Made by a program: the position numbers and the translations under genes. The notes below the pieces were generated by a model. It saw nothing but the letters and a program-made list of their open reading frames with translations, was not told the DNA's origin and did not search any database. DNA of 64,000 nucleotides from Camelus dromedarius (Eukaryota): the NCBI RefSeq assembly GCF_036321535.1, contig NC_087438.1, positions 3,350,001 through 3,414,000 of the forward strand, given 5' to 3'. Below, piece by piece: positions 24,041 through 37,890 of the stretch (positions within the stretch are counted from its first letter, which is position 1; every line of letters begins with the position of its first letter).

Positions 24041-26179
24041 CTAGACTGTGGTGGAGGGCCCTCAATTGTATCAGCAGACATATCTCTCATTTCCTCCTCT
24101 TTTGTTTCCTAACATGTAGCCAATGTTACCCCTGACTCTCCTTAGATCAACCCACTGTCTGTCCACCTCCACTCCTTCTGTTAGTTCCCCAGGAAGCTGT
24201 GTGCAGTGACCCCCTGCCTGCCAGGACACTTCAGATTCTCTTCCAAGATCCCTCCCAGATTGGGCCACTCCTCACCATTCATTAAAAGTCATGCACTCTT
24301 CAACCAAACCATAAAGCTGGCATAGGCTGAGCATTGTCTTGAGTTAGTTATGTACCTGGAACAGAACAGCATCATTACAGGGTGTGCTGTGTGAGCCTGG
24401 GATAGGACGCCTCACCCAGGGATTGAGCCAAAGTGGACAGAAAATTAAAACGTCTCCCCTCTTCTCTTTGTGTGCCATACCAGATGCCTCCTCGTCCCTT
24501 GGCTTGTGTCAGACAACCACCTAATGAGAACTCGGCGAACTGGACCAGGGCAGACAGGAAGACCACAGAACACGCAGAGTTCTAGTGTTTGAGCCTGCCG
24601 AGGTTGCCACAGAGCCCGCATGCAACCCGAACCCTCACAGTGGACACATATGAGACCCTGGTCTACACAATGCCCACAGCTGTGCCGGCCCAGCGCCCGG
24701 ACACAGGGGCTGTCTCAGCAGAGACCTCGGGCTTCTCCAGCTGCAGCCAGGGGACCACAGCTTCACGGCGTCTCCTCAGTGCCTCTGGTTGCCCAGGCAA
24801 CGAAACTGCCTCCCAGCGAATCACTGCCACGCTTCAATCTTTGTTCTGAAGTCACCTGACAGTTTTAGTGACGCGAACGATTTTTGTTTGTGGGGCAGAA
24901 TAAACGTGTAACCTCTTCTTTACCGATAAAGCCCAGATGAGAAGGGGCTGAGCAAGCAGGCGGCCCAGACGCAGCCGATGGGCAAGACACACCTGAAAGC
25001 GCCCGGCACCTCCTTCGCGTCGACCTGTTGAATGTCTCACTTCCAGGGCCCCTGGGGAGGTGAAGCGTTTGCGGTCCATTGCCTGCCTTTGGCCACCTGC
25101 AGCCTTCCGTCCTCCCCAGCCGCCCTGTCCTGTGTTTGGATGCTTAAGCAGAAATTTGCACGGTAGCTCCGGCCAGACTACAAGGTGGCCCTGACCGGGT
25201 AACTCAGCGTGAACGTGCACCTTTCCTCTCCCTTATGACACAGTCACGGGCGGTCACCGAGAGACGGCTCTTTTCTTCCCCTTGCCAATCCTTTGTTAAC
25301 TTCACTGTAAACAGATAAAGGGCTTTACTCTGTGCAGATGACTGGGTTTTTTTTGTTTTGTTTTGTTTTGTTTTTTGCTTTTTAACCATGAAAGATGTTT
25401 CTACCATATGTGAATCTTTAACCTCATACAGCGTAGGGAGAAAAAGGAATTCTGAGCTAGAAATTTATTTTTATTATTAAATTTTGTTTCTTTCTCACCC
25501 CAAAATTAATGACCAGCCCCTTTTCAAGTCCACGCATTCACAATCGTCCTTTGAAACAAAACCTGCAGACTGGAGGGTGGGCTCTGGTCCCACCATCCCT
25601 CGGCTCAAAGGTGGCCCAACAGGCGAGTACTCAGTACTTACTAGCAGTTACTAAGCAGAAGGTGGAGTGAGTATCTGCCTTCTAAGAAATACATACCCCA
25701 GCCCCCAGACTGATACTTCCTAGAGGAAAGGGAATGCCCAGCAGAGCCACCCTGAAACTCCACTTTCCACCTGGGGCCAATGGCGTGGGGCGTGGTTGGG
25801 GCTTCGGGGAAGGAGAATCCCGAGGGTAGCATCTGCCCCAAAAGGTACAGTTTCTACAGGATTTAATGTAATTTATGTCACCCTCTCTCACTCCAAGGAA
25901 TTTTCTATCTGGATCAAACTTCTCCTGAATCCTGATCTACCCTCGGAATGAGGAGTCAAGGAATCCCATACGGGGACTGCCACCTGGGACGGCACACTAC
26001 ATCAGAAGCCCGATAAAGTGTCAGCTTTCTCCAGGCTCATGGGGGGACTGTAATAAAGTGGGTTCAGATTGTATCAAAGCACTTGTGTCATGTTTGTTCT
26101 AAGTCATTCCACAAAATCCCCCACTTTTTTCCTTTGGAATGCTTTGCCAAAGCCAAGTTCTCTTTCATTGATGACTTTC

Positions 26180-26486
26180 GTTTTCATTGAAGGATGGTTG
26201 ATTTACAGTGCTTTGTAGTTTCCGGTGTGCAGCATAGGGATTCAGTTATACACACACATTTTCTTTTTCATAATCTTTTCCATTATTGGTTGTTACAAGA
26301 TATTGAATGTAGTTCCCTGGGCTATACAGTAGATTCTTGTTGTTTATCTGTTTCATATATAGTGATCTGTATCTGATAATCCCAAACTCCTAATTTATCC
26401 TTCCCCACCTTTGCCCTTCTGGTAACCCACAAGCTTGTTTTCTGCGTCTGTGAGTCAGTTTCAGTTTTGGAAATAAGTTCATTTGA
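26180..26486 (-). mobile_element. L1 3'UTR fragment
   Basis: gttgatttacagtg, acaagatattgaatgtagttccctgggctatacagtag, ctcctaatttatcc, tgtgagtcagtttcagtttt. Confidence 0.88.
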
Positions 26487-27154
26487 TTGATTGATCATTG
26501 ACCATAGTGATGTGAAAGTCATTTCCTGCCATCAGGTGACCTGTGGCAGGCGGGGGAGTCAACGGGACGTCTCAAAGCCCCCGTAAGCCCCTGGCACCGG
26601 ATCAGCCTCAGCAGGTTTGCTCTGACCGGGTCTGTTCAGTATCCTTGACGAGGCGGAGCTGCGCTGCCCCGAGGATGCTGGGCTCAGGTTCTCTGCCCTC
26701 CCTCCCCACAAGGACACCTCGTGGCCAGGCCCCCAGGGTGTGCATTCCTCCCCCGGCCCCGGGCGGTGGCATCTGACTCATGATGCCTGCACCCTCGGTC
26801 CAATGCTTCATTGGTCCCAGTGGGGAGCTGAGCAGAAGCACCTGGTTTCCAGAAGCTGACGATGGCTGCTGGCAGGCACGTCTACAGCTTCTCAGAGAAG
26901 GCACTTAATGCTTGGCAGTGGGGGCTGGCCGTTATTCCAGTGAACTCCACGACCTCAGCGAGGCTGACACAGCCAGTCGTGTGTTAGTGGTTTGATGGTG
27001 AAAGAAAAGTGCACAGGCGCCCTGCCATCCCCCAAGGACACCCAGCGGTCCCAGCCGCCCAGCCCGCAGAGGGCTCCCCCGGCCGGCGCTGTGCCAGGGC
27101 CTCTGGGTGCATCAGCTGGTTTACGCCGCACAGAAGCTGCTGGGGCAGCTGTCA

Positions 27155-27250
27155 TCCACCCACATTACAAGTAAGGAAACTGAAGCTTCCAATGAGTAAG
27201 TGACACAAACGTCTGCCAGTCAACAGAACAAGGTTTGAACCCAAGTTTCT
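27155..27250 (-). mobile_element. MIR fragment
   Basis: cccacattacaagtaaggaaactgaagctt...taagtgac...ggtttgaacccaag. Confidence 0.7.
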
Positions 27251-28089
27251 CCTTCTCTCTGTCAGCTGCTAATGCTAGGAGCCAGCCCTGCGCTTTCCAT
27301 TCTGTGCCTGCGCTGGCCTGTCCTACAGCTTCAGGTCAAACTTCAGCTCCTCTGCAGAGTCTATTTGATTGACCAAGAGGTCTTATAGCTTATCTCCTCC
27401 GGGATCACACCTGCCCGGATGGAACTCTGCTGTGGGTAGAACCTGTCTGTAAATCTACTCCAGAGAATCTGAAGATGTGGAAGACAGAGACTAGGTACTT
27501 TGCTGTGGGGATTGCCTGCATCCAGCCCAGGACAGACAGCATCCATTTGTCAAAAGAAGGAAAAAAAAGAGAAAAGGGAAGAACAAAGAATGGAAGAAAG
27601 AAGGAAGGAAGGGTGAGGGGAAAGAGAAAAGTAGACCTTTTGTATGACTTAAACACAGCCATCTATCAAAAATATATATTTATCATTCCTAGCATACGAA
27701 TTGAAAACTAGAAGAACCTTTAAATGTGGCCTGAATTTTTCCATTGTGGGATAATGAGTGGGACAGTTTTGACCACGTGACACACAGGAGGAAAGCATTC
27801 TGTGCCCACAAACAGAGTAAGAATCAGAGAGAAAGATTCTGTTTCCTATTAGGAGCCAATTTCTGAAATTTTAATTCAACATTTTTTGACAGTGATAGCC
27901 TGAGACTCACATTATTAACTGACTATGTATTTCTTACCTTGAACTAAGATAATAAAAATATTTAAGTAAAGAAAAATTGATCCATTTTCTGACCTAATAA
28001 AAACAGGAATAATCTCCCCAATACAGAGCAGAATGCCAGCAGATACTCATTGAGCTCATGCTGGAAGCACGCATAAACACACGAATGTC

Positions 28090-28620
28090 CGAATCAGTGA
28101 GTAAACGGAGCTTTGTCAGCCATCAGCACCGATAAAACAACAAAAGTGCAGACAGTAAAACTGAAAATAGGAGTGAGAAACAAGACAAAGCTGAGCTCCC
28201 CAGAGGACCGTTGAATAGTAAGACAGCACAGAGGAATTCATTAAGAGGGGATTGATAGAAAAGTCAAGGAAAACTAAGAGACACTTGAGAAGACACATTG
28301 CGAGACTCCATAAACGCTCAATAGCAACAATAGTCTAAAAGTTGATGACTGAAACATTTTCCAATTTAATAAAAGCCCTGCATCTTCTATAAGAAACTCG
28401 ATCTGATTTAAAAAAAAAAAATCCACATAGGATCATAAGGAAGGGAAATTTAGAACAGCAAAGCAAAGGGGAAAAAAAGTAAAAGTTTTCAGAAAATTTT
28501 TTAATAAAAATAAATATTTGTGAGAGTAATCTTAGACTTCTCATTGGTGAAACCAATGAGGAAAGCACTGGAACAGCCGTTTCAAAGTGCCAAGAGGGAA
28601 AAGATCGACCCTGAATCAAC
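28090..28620 (+). mobile_element. Old degraded L1 ORF1 region
   Basis: A-rich; atgactgaaacattttcca, cttagacttctca, tggaacagccgtttcaaagtg. Confidence 0.5.
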
Positions 28621-29064
28621 ACTGAGGCAGAAGTGACTCTGTCTGCTCCGCACCCTCCGTGGTTTTGCTCAGAGTCACTTGTCCCCTCCTGTGCTCCTGT
28701 GAGTGCACAGTGTGACTCCTACTGCAGCCAGTGCTCAGCAGGGCCCCCACCTCCGCCTGGACAGCCAGTAAGTGACGGTGCAGAGAAGAAACTGATGGAA
28801 CAGAGTGAGGGGAAGGGAGGGAAAGGACCAAAAAGGGACTTTGGAATCCCACAAGGGCTCAGGGTCAAAAAACATCAATCAATTTTCACTGCAGAATGAA
28901 GAAGCTGTTGCAGTGGAGGATTGCTGGACTGAAGGTCAGTCAGTTTTATGAGAATAGTGCGCGTGTGCTCCGTTTTTGGTAACCGTAGTCACTGTTGCTT
29001 TTGTCATGATCACCCGTTTACAGTGCTTGGTGTCAGCTTATCTCTGGTTAAAAAAAAAAAAAAC

Positions 29065-29071
<7 letters not shown>

Positions 29072-29095
<24 letters not shown>
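29072..29095. repeat. (TG)12 microsatellite next to an A tract
   Basis: Direct reading. Confidence 0.9.
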
Positions 29096-32000
29096 AGCTG
29101 TGAGCATGTGGAGAGTCAAGGTAAACTTGATTGGATTTGGGAGAAGCAGGAGTTCATTCAAATTTCACATTATAATGTGAAATAAATGTCAACATTTATT
29201 GACAAATGACCACAGTAACCCCCACTTTTAACCTTGTAGATTGCTAGGGATGGGGGTAAGGGGAAGGACAATACATTCTTAATGGACTAAGTAATTTAAG
29301 TTCCTATAATTGTTTAAACTAGGTTTGCCAATGAGCCTCTTTGTTTCATTCTCACTGGGGGAGAGTCTTGTAACAGTCATGGACGGTGTGCTTCCAGAGG
29401 CCTTTCTAGACAGGATGGCTGAGCTTGTCTGGGTGGCCCAGAGGACATGCTTTGAACCAACAAGAGTGTTTGCTCAAGACCTGCCCGCAGGAGCCCATGG
29501 CAATCACAGCTAGCCACACCTCGGCCATCCGCAGCGGCTGACATTAGTAACTCGTTTATGTCTGTTGCTCAGAATAAGCTGAGATGTTTTTCCCTAGAAT
29601 ACTGTTAGTTTTGAAATGATTCTCCAGGCAGCCCAGAACGAGGCTTATTTCATTTTAAAGAAGTCTGTATGGTACTGGTACCTGCCTTACGAATAAGATA
29701 TTCAAAGACGCGTTTCACATTTTCCCCCATACATGATTGAAATGAAGTGAAATCCCCAAATTTTAGTATCTGTGATGATTTATATAGGACTTAGACCGAG
29801 GCAGACCTTACCAACTTCTTTTGCTATGATTCGAAGGCATACTTGTTTCCTGGTCCAAAGTTCAGATTCGTTTTCCTTCTAATTTCTCACTTGACTGGTC
29901 CTACGGCCAGAAGCTGCCCCGGGTGAGTGTGGACTCCGTGAGCGGGATCTGCCAACTGGATTTTCCGGCCCTCTCGTGCTGTTCCCACCCCTCCCTCACT
30001 CCCAGTGCACATCACACTCGTGAGGCTCCAATAAGACAGAGCTTCGCCTAAGCCGTTAGTGGAAGAGTCAGTCCTTAAAGTGGGGGCCAAGTTCCTGAAC
30101 CCCACAGAGGATTCTCTCCCAGAAGTGTCAGCAATTGTTGCCCAGTTTGTTGTATCTGGAGAATTTCTCCCTCTCCTAAAATGACAGTTGAATTTTTAGG
30201 ACTGTTCTTTCAGAGAATGCCAGGCTTCTACTCTCCAGGGATCTGAAATCGCTCTGGTCTCCACATGGAGTGAACTACAAGAGGGTTCAGCCACTTAATG
30301 ACCCTGTGGAGGAGGCATCCGTCTACACAGCCCATCAGGCTGCAGCTGGACCTGGGGAGGGGAGGTGGGGTGGAGACATTGAGGTCAGCACAGGAGCTCG
30401 ACTGGAGGCTCAGATCCACCAGCTCATGGCCACGGCAAAGCAGCCAGCGTCACCCCGACACAGACCCACATTTTAAGGGAGAATGAACACTAACTGCTCC
30501 ATGTTTATCTCCTGCTGGCTTGATAAAGAGTAACCCCACAAGAGATGCACACCTTCTATTTCTTTGAGAGTCTTAGATATAAATTAATCATAGATTACTC
30601 CGAGTTTTAAAAACCCCAGAGCAAATTCCCGCACACTGCATATTCCATATTACTCTGATATGGAATGAAAAAGGAGTTGAAGGTATATGTCAATTTACTA
30701 CACCTAGTCATCTGAACATCGTTATATAAATGGAAATTCTAAAGCACCAATAGGCTTTGAAAAACTGTAAAGGGTAATTTTTTACATACCCAGGAAGACA
30801 CATAAGGCCATGGATTTGAATCTTTACCTCTCCCAGTTTGTTGCTGAAATGCCAAAATTAATGTAACAAGGGAAATATTATGAAACTTATAAAATATAAA
30901 GAAGTCCTAGCCACAAATCTGACATACGGAAAAGCTCTGGCAGAAGACCAGGCTGGTGGAAAGTGGGCACGGAGAGGTATCTTCTGCAGAGAGAGGGGCA
31001 GCTCCCCCCGCCCCCCCGCCGCCCCCGGCCACATCTCCCTGTCTCAGGAGCCGCCCTTGGCCCCGAGGGTCTGTGGGCCAGAACAGAGCCCAGCGCGCAG
31101 CAGTCCTGCTCGGCCGCGTTCACCCAAGGTTGGGGGCGGGGGGTCAACACACTCTGCCCTCAAAGCAGCGATGTCAGGTGCCAGTAACTTCATTAATAAT
31201 GTCAGCAGACTTGAGAAAAGTCCTCGTGGCCTAAAAGAGGTTATGGCCTTGGGCAGGAAACACAAAAACTTGAGCTATCAAAACCTCCACATCAGGCCTG
31301 CCGCGAGCAAGGAGCAATACGGAGGAAGCAAAGCGTTCCGGGAGACAGCGTGACTGTCATATCTTTAGATGTTATCGAGAAAGTTAATAATTAATATGAA
31401 AGCTACCACAGAAAATCTAAGTCATGAATTAGAAAATCAATTTAAAAGAATCTTGACTGTAGAGAAGGGATGGTAAATCGCTTTCATTTTGTGCCTCAGC
31501 TATTGCTGACTGTAGTGTCTGCCTCTGCTGATGAAGCTGAGGTTCTGCCTGGGAGCAGCGAGAAAGGGTGTACTGACCACAGGGCTGTCCTCTACGGTGT
31601 GAATTCTGAATTTCAATTTCAAAATGTCATCAAGGATCTGATTAGTATGAAGGAAGATAAAGCACACGTCTCCTCGGACTGGACCATTTTCCTGCAAAGA
31701 AGCAAGTGTCAGACCCGCTTAGGTGTCTGTGGAGCCATCTGCACGTAATTCTACGGGAAAGTTATGCGAGTCTAGAGTTCTCTATTCAACCCACTGACAA
31801 ACGTGTGTGACAACCAAAATAAATAAGCAAAAAATTAAATAAACAGAAAGAACATAGAAATTATGGCATCTAACACCTTCTTATACAAATCAAGCTTCTA
31901 AGACTGACCTAGAATGAAGATGTCAAGAGAGAAGACATGGTCCAGAAGAAAGACTGGGTGAAGAAGAGACATTCGCCACTTATTTAGGTAGAAACAATTG

Positions 32001-33015
32001 CTTTCTATTTATTTGTTAAGTTTAATGCAAATATTAAGAAATTATTCTCATAGTGTGTTTAAAATCCATATCAAAAATACTGTGTGACTTCATCACAAGC
32101 TCAGAGGTGTCAGTGTGGACGGAGTGAACAGTCCCGGATCAGGAAAGAGAGTTAACGAGGATCAGGAGCGTGAGTTAACGGGTACTATTTTTTCTTGACA
32201 TTAGCTGAGAAATGGAGACTCAGCTCTACTTTCTAACAGGTGAGTGTCAAGTTACAGAACAGAAGAAATTACTTCAAGGAAGGTTGAAAGTGGTGCTTTA
32301 TTGGGAATAAAGAAAACGATGAGGGATCTGGGGCAGGGGGCTGGACAAGGATGGTGACCCCAGTGAAGGAAAGAAAAGCGTGCCCCCAAGACTCCTCAGG
32401 GAGCCTGGGCAGCCACAGCCCCGTGCTGAGGATGACGGAAAGACTGGAAAAGAGCAGGGCCACCCTCCAATGGGGCCAGTGGCAAAGAGGCCATGTAGTT
32501 TCCTGGGATGAAACCAAAAGGACCTAAAAATTAAAAAGCACTCTGCCAAGCTGTGTCTTGGGTGAGATTGAAGGGGAGAAGGGGAGCTACAAACCACGGG
32601 CCAGCAGCTCAGACTGAGTCCCAAGAAGATGGAAGTCTTCACTTTGCAGGTCCTCCCAGGGGGAAGAAGAAGCTGAGAACCCCAGGGTGAGAGCGCTGGG
32701 GGTGGAGACCAGGCAGAGATGGAGAAAAGGCTCAGACGGTGGGCTCTGGGGGCTGGGGGTGATGCCTTGAGAGGCGATCTTACCCAAGGACTCAGTCCGT
32801 CTCTACAGAATCTCTAGGGGAACGTCAGGCAGGTGTTCTATGCAGGGCATTTTCAACTGCACATTTTCATAAGCTGCAGTCAGGATGTGTACCCCAAATT
32901 TTAAACACTGTCTGTGAAGGAAAGGGATGGGGAAAAAATCCTCCAGTTTGGCACAGAAAACCACCCAAAACTGTCCTGTAAATATGTGTGGACACAGGTC
33001 TTACCAACATAGATG

Positions 33016-33094
33016 TGAGATCAAACCATACGAAACTGCTGAGATTCGGCTTTTTTTACTTACAAACATAGTAATTTCACATGGTTCAAACAAA
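33016..33094. mobile_element. MADE2-like mariner MITE
   Basis: aaaccatacgaaactgc...gtaatttcacatggttcaa; about 80 bp with imperfect terminal inverted repeats. Confidence 0.8.
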
Positions 33095-36000
33095 TCACTG
33101 ACAGTCTGTTGACATAGCAGAGACTTCATATTCGGCGCTGATCCTATTAGCATGTATTGCAATCGAATGAAGCCGCCCCGCATTTCAGGTGCCTACACCT
33201 GCAGGGAGTGGCTCAGCTTTTGAATGACACCTTCAAGATTTGGAAAGATAAGGACAGAAACAGACAAGATCACTTCCAGAATTTTTTTCCAGATGTTTAC
33301 TAATGTGGATTTAAAGGGTTTCTCTTTAAATTATTAGTATTAAACAAGTGAGTAACCAAGAGTAGAAGAGTTTGGTTTCTTTGTCGACAAAGATGATTTT
33401 CACCTTGTGGACAGTGAAATGGTTGGGTTTTGTATGCCCCCCCCCAAACTATCTCTAACCATTTATGAAAATGAGCCTCCAGAGATAAACTTGGAAGTCG
33501 GATCCTATGATTTAAAGCAAAGTGAAGTTAATAAATAACCATGGCTGTTAATTGTAAGTAAAGTGAAATATTTCATTTTAATTTAACTTAATATAGAATT
33601 CTGTCCCCCTCAACCTTGGTGATATTGGGTCTCATTCAAAGAAACTAAACTGGAAACATACCAGTCAAAAATATTGTATGAGATGCTTAAGAGATGTCCT
33701 AGAGTTTGACAAAAGCCTGACTGCAGATCCGTGGCAGCTGGCAATCTGCCTAGATCATTTCTAAAGAGAGACTGGAATGACTTGATGTCTAAAGGCCAAC
33801 AAATGCGGCTTTGGGAAAAGAAGGTTGTGTCTCTGGCTCCCCTGGGACTCTCCCAAGCTCTGGAAGTCTGGTCAGGCAGAAAATGCAGAGAACAGTGTGC
33901 CCTGGGATATCAACATTAAAATAAATAAAAAATGAAGCTCGAGGGAGCTACAACCTGGCAAAGAAGTCATTCCCTGATAATAAGTCTTTTGAAAGCTTGA
34001 CAGAGGAAGCAAAATTGCCCTGGAAACAAAACTGATGGACTCACCTTTTCAGTTTTAATATTGATCAAGTGAATTTGCCAAATCTGAAAATAGGCATTCA
34101 GCTCTATGTACACGTGCACACGTGCACACACTCAGCTGCGCGTGGGAATCCGGCCGCCACTGCAGGCTTGAACAGAAAAGGGGAGACTGGAGAGCAACTG
34201 AGGCTGTCGGACGTGGGGGCGGGGAGGGGACCAGGGTGTCTCAGTTACGCCGCATCCTGGAGAGAGACGCTGACCCGTGTGCGCCGTACCCGTGTGGCCA
34301 GCCCAGTGTGCGACTCTGAACTCGCTCACCTCAGGGGACATAAAAGAATCTTAGTGATTGACAGGAAAGGCAGGCTGGGGCTGTACTGAGCCAAGCTATT
34401 AGAGCGCTGCACATTCCTTCCTGCCTCGAAACAAGCAAGGGTCTTGGAGACAAATGGTCAGACAGCAAAGATCACCTGTTGGAGGGGAGATGCGGTCCGT
34501 CCCCCGTCCTCCCTCCACCGGGATTTCTCAGCTACAGAAGCTCCTGCCGGGTGCTGTCTGCACCCTCACCTGGGCAGGTGTAAAGTTAGAAGCGGGTGGG
34601 AGCAGCCCCATGGCCAGCTGAGCAGAGAGGAGCTGGAGCGGATGTGGAGGCGTGAAGCTGACCTTTCCTAAAGCCCGAGCAGACCCTTCCAGAAGTAGCT
34701 GGGCTTGTGTCAAGTTGTCCATAATAATGACCCTTCTACGTAGAGCCAGAGGCCCTCATTCCGACTTATGTGACCACCGTGCTAAGAATTCAGCGCTCAG
34801 AGTTCAGGGTGGAGGGGCACAGGAAAAGGACACCTCTCACCTGAGGACTTGTTCCAAACTGCGTTTGCTACACATTTAACAGGCATGAAATGACAAATAA
34901 CCCACTCATCTGGTGGCACAAAGACGAGAGGAAGACCCAAACCATAAAGAACTAGAAAGAAGAATCAGGACGTCTGAGCAAATGATGGAGACGGATGCTG
35001 AAGAGAGGGGTGTCAGAAGCACCTTGAAGGATTCAGTTTGGGTCTGTGAGAGTAGTCATGTCATTGAGAACATTAGAGCACTGAAGAGGGACTCCATCTG
35101 GAGAGACCTTGGCAAGACATCTGCCCAGGCAGACAAAGCAAGCGGGTGACTAAGGAAATGAGAATGAATCCAAGGAAATGAAGAAGCAACCCAGCGCTGA
35201 ATCCGCGTGTGCAGCTCTGGTGAAACGAGGGAGAGGGGAGGGAGCTTTTCTGAGTTTACGCTGGTTGTTGCACAAGTGAGATTCACACCAATGTGCCCAG
35301 TGTTATAAATGCCGCAAAGTAACTGCTGAGGATGTGCAAAGGAGGAAGGACTTGCTCCAGTTCAGCTGACTCTTGAAGGGTGGGTGACAGCGAGGCAGAT
35401 GCGGCCAGACTGAGGAGTGGGCCGCAGGCCGGGGCAGGGGACGCGGGGGCAGGAGGCCGGGGCTGCTCATGCCCCCAGCTCGCTGGGGTCTGCGGTGCGG
35501 GGCACAGGAGGGGGACTCACGGGGACCAGCATCACCAGGCAGACGGGGGGAGGGGCTGCATCTTGTGCTAATTTTGATGAACTGATGGATTTGTCTGTGG
35601 CTTACAGTGAGGGCAGAGGGGAGGGGTGGGAGCTGGGAGTTCTTTCAGAGAAGAGCAGCAAAGATGAAGAGGGGGGAAATAGTCCCGGCTCCTCCCCCGA
35701 GGGTTTCCCCCAAGGGACAGCCAGGGACAGCCGGGTCCAGCAGCAACGGTGGAGGAGAAGCTCTCAGTCTTGGGGACACGTTGGTTGTTGGGAAAAGGAA
35801 CGAGGTGAAACTGAAGAAACCTGTCAGGTACGGAGCCCGAGTGTCCAGACGCACGGCGAGGAGCTTAGAAGGCTAAACAGACGGAAGAGGAGGCTGGGGT
35901 TTCCTGCGACAGGAAGACAGGGCGCTGCTGGGACACCCAGATGGACCAACACTGGAAACCAGCAGAACGAAGCTGACGATGGACATTTACGTTGTGCCGG

Positions 36001-37702
36001 GAGAGGAGGGAGCTGATGCCCTGGCGGGCAGTTTTCGGACATCAGCGCACAGCTGGTCACCTGGAGGGCGAGTCCACAGAGCTGGGATGAGGCCCGGGAG
36101 CCGGCACTCTCGGCCAGAGCACTGCACTCTGAAAATCGCTGCCTTAGAGAGTACATCACAATGGGAGGGACTGTGGGTAAAGAACGAGAAAGGACTGAGA
36201 AGGTGTGATCCCACGTGGAGCCGAACCACCCGTTAGAGCCCCCAGAGGGGCTTACACAGACCAGAACAGACGCAGCCCCCACCCCACCCAAGAGAAAAGT
36301 GCTCAGCCCTCCCCCACCTCCCAAGATCCTGCTCCAGTCGGCCTGGTCCCAAATGGTATCACTGGTATTTTTAAAGCTCTCTGCATCGTTCCAACATTCA
36401 TCCAGGGTTGAGGGTTGCTGATCAGGGAGACAAGAAGAGAAAGAACTATTTATTTTCTAGAGAGGTACATAAGGATCCCAAGTTTCCTGACGCAACCTAG
36501 TTCTCCTTTCTTTATTCAAGAAAACTCCAGGGAAAAGCCATGAGTTTATAGACAGTCCAACTGAAATGCTGGCAACTGAGATAAGAAATTGCTCGCTCTT
36601 GTGACATCTTTAAGAGATGGCGCGTGGATGAAGCTTCAGAAGCATCAATGTCCAGCCCTCCTTAACCCCCCTTCCCCCACACAAGCACTGTGGAAGTTGT
36701 GCAGTGCGGGTTCCTGGTGTGGTGCCCACTGTGGATTAGATGTTAAGAGCAACTCAATGATTTTTTAAACAGATGAGCAGATTTAACCTGGAGTTGAATT
36801 CAATTTAGCTGTATTTCTTACTTGTGTTTCCTGCACACTGAGGGCTCTGCTGTTTCTAGAGCTAGGCTCCAAGTCCTGTCAAGGTCCCCGAGCTGAGAAG
36901 ACAGACCCGGTCCTGGACACTCTCCTGCCCCCACAGACCCCGGGTCTCACTCATCTCATTTCTGACTCCAGCAAGGGAACTCTTTCTTTCACCCATCCTC
37001 GGAGACGACTGAGGACGTTTTAACTGATAGACATGCTGCTGAATTGAGCCCAAGTAAAGTCAATCAGTGATTAGCAAAGCTGCCAAGTGTCCCCAGTTTT
37101 GACGTTTCTCCCTCCACTCCCAGTTCTGAGTCAAGGTTGCTCAGATGAATAAAAACATATTTTCAGCAACCTGAGCCCATAGACTGAGTACGAGGCATGC
37201 ACTTTCGGCAGTCAGCAATTCTGCTGCGTTGAAATTGGCCACGTTTCAAGCTACACATTTTTGTAAAAAGAAAAAAAAATCCCTAAATACATTCATGAAA
37301 TAATTTATACTCTTTCCTACTAACTTTTTGCTGCCCCCACAGTACAAGTTTCCTGGTTTCAAAAAATATATATATCCCTTGCTGGGGAAGTGGAGTAATT
37401 TAAAAAGGGGGCCCTCACTGTCCCTCCCCAGTCGTCCCTGTAACAGGAGGGACCTCGGGACCTTCTGACGCGGGCTGAGTTTGGGGGGTTAGCCCTTACG
37501 CCTGCAGGCCAGCCCGGTGAGTTTTGATCTGGAGTAAGGATTTAACTGAAGGGAAGTCACATACACGAGGTAGACCACCCTGTTTCCACAGACACAGGGA
37601 AGGCAGGTGACCCGGCTGTAGTTCCTAACTCGGTGCTCTGCAGGGAGCTCTTCGGTGATCAGGACAAACTAAAGTGTCGGTGGCTTTATTAAAATTAAAT
37701 CA

Positions 37703-37890
37703 TCAACATTGATTCATCAAGTGCGACACATGGACAAACGAATGCATGTTGTTAAAAAAAATTAGAGGGAAAGTGTTATGGGAGGAAAGGGGGCACGTGG
37801 GAAATCTCTGTTCCTTCTGTGTGATTTTTCTGTAAACCTCAAAATGCTCTAAAAATTGTCTATTAATCAAAAAACAAACAAAAAAAGACA
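37703..37890 (+). mobile_element. Old L1MB-like 3' end
   Basis: gtgggaaatctctgttccttctgtgtgatttttctgtaaacctcaaaatgctctaaaaa followed by an A-rich tail. Confidence 0.8.

Noticed and set aside
24070..24379. Possible additional old LTR ending in ...ttaca
   Set aside because: Similarity too weak to assign without a search.
26992..27174. ORF starting MVKEK, reminiscent of a known isoform N-terminus
   Set aside because: Five residues only and no suitable splice donor; likely coincidence.
32135..32181. Two-copy ~23-bp repeat ggatcagg...gagttaacg (similar small duplications near 16355-16410 and 17298-17328)
   Set aside because: Ordinary slippage duplications, not an array or CRISPR-like structure.
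35417..36324. 199-aa and 166-aa ORFs in a GC-rich stretch
   Set aside because: Low-complexity G/R/S/P composition, no domain and no clear splice boundaries.
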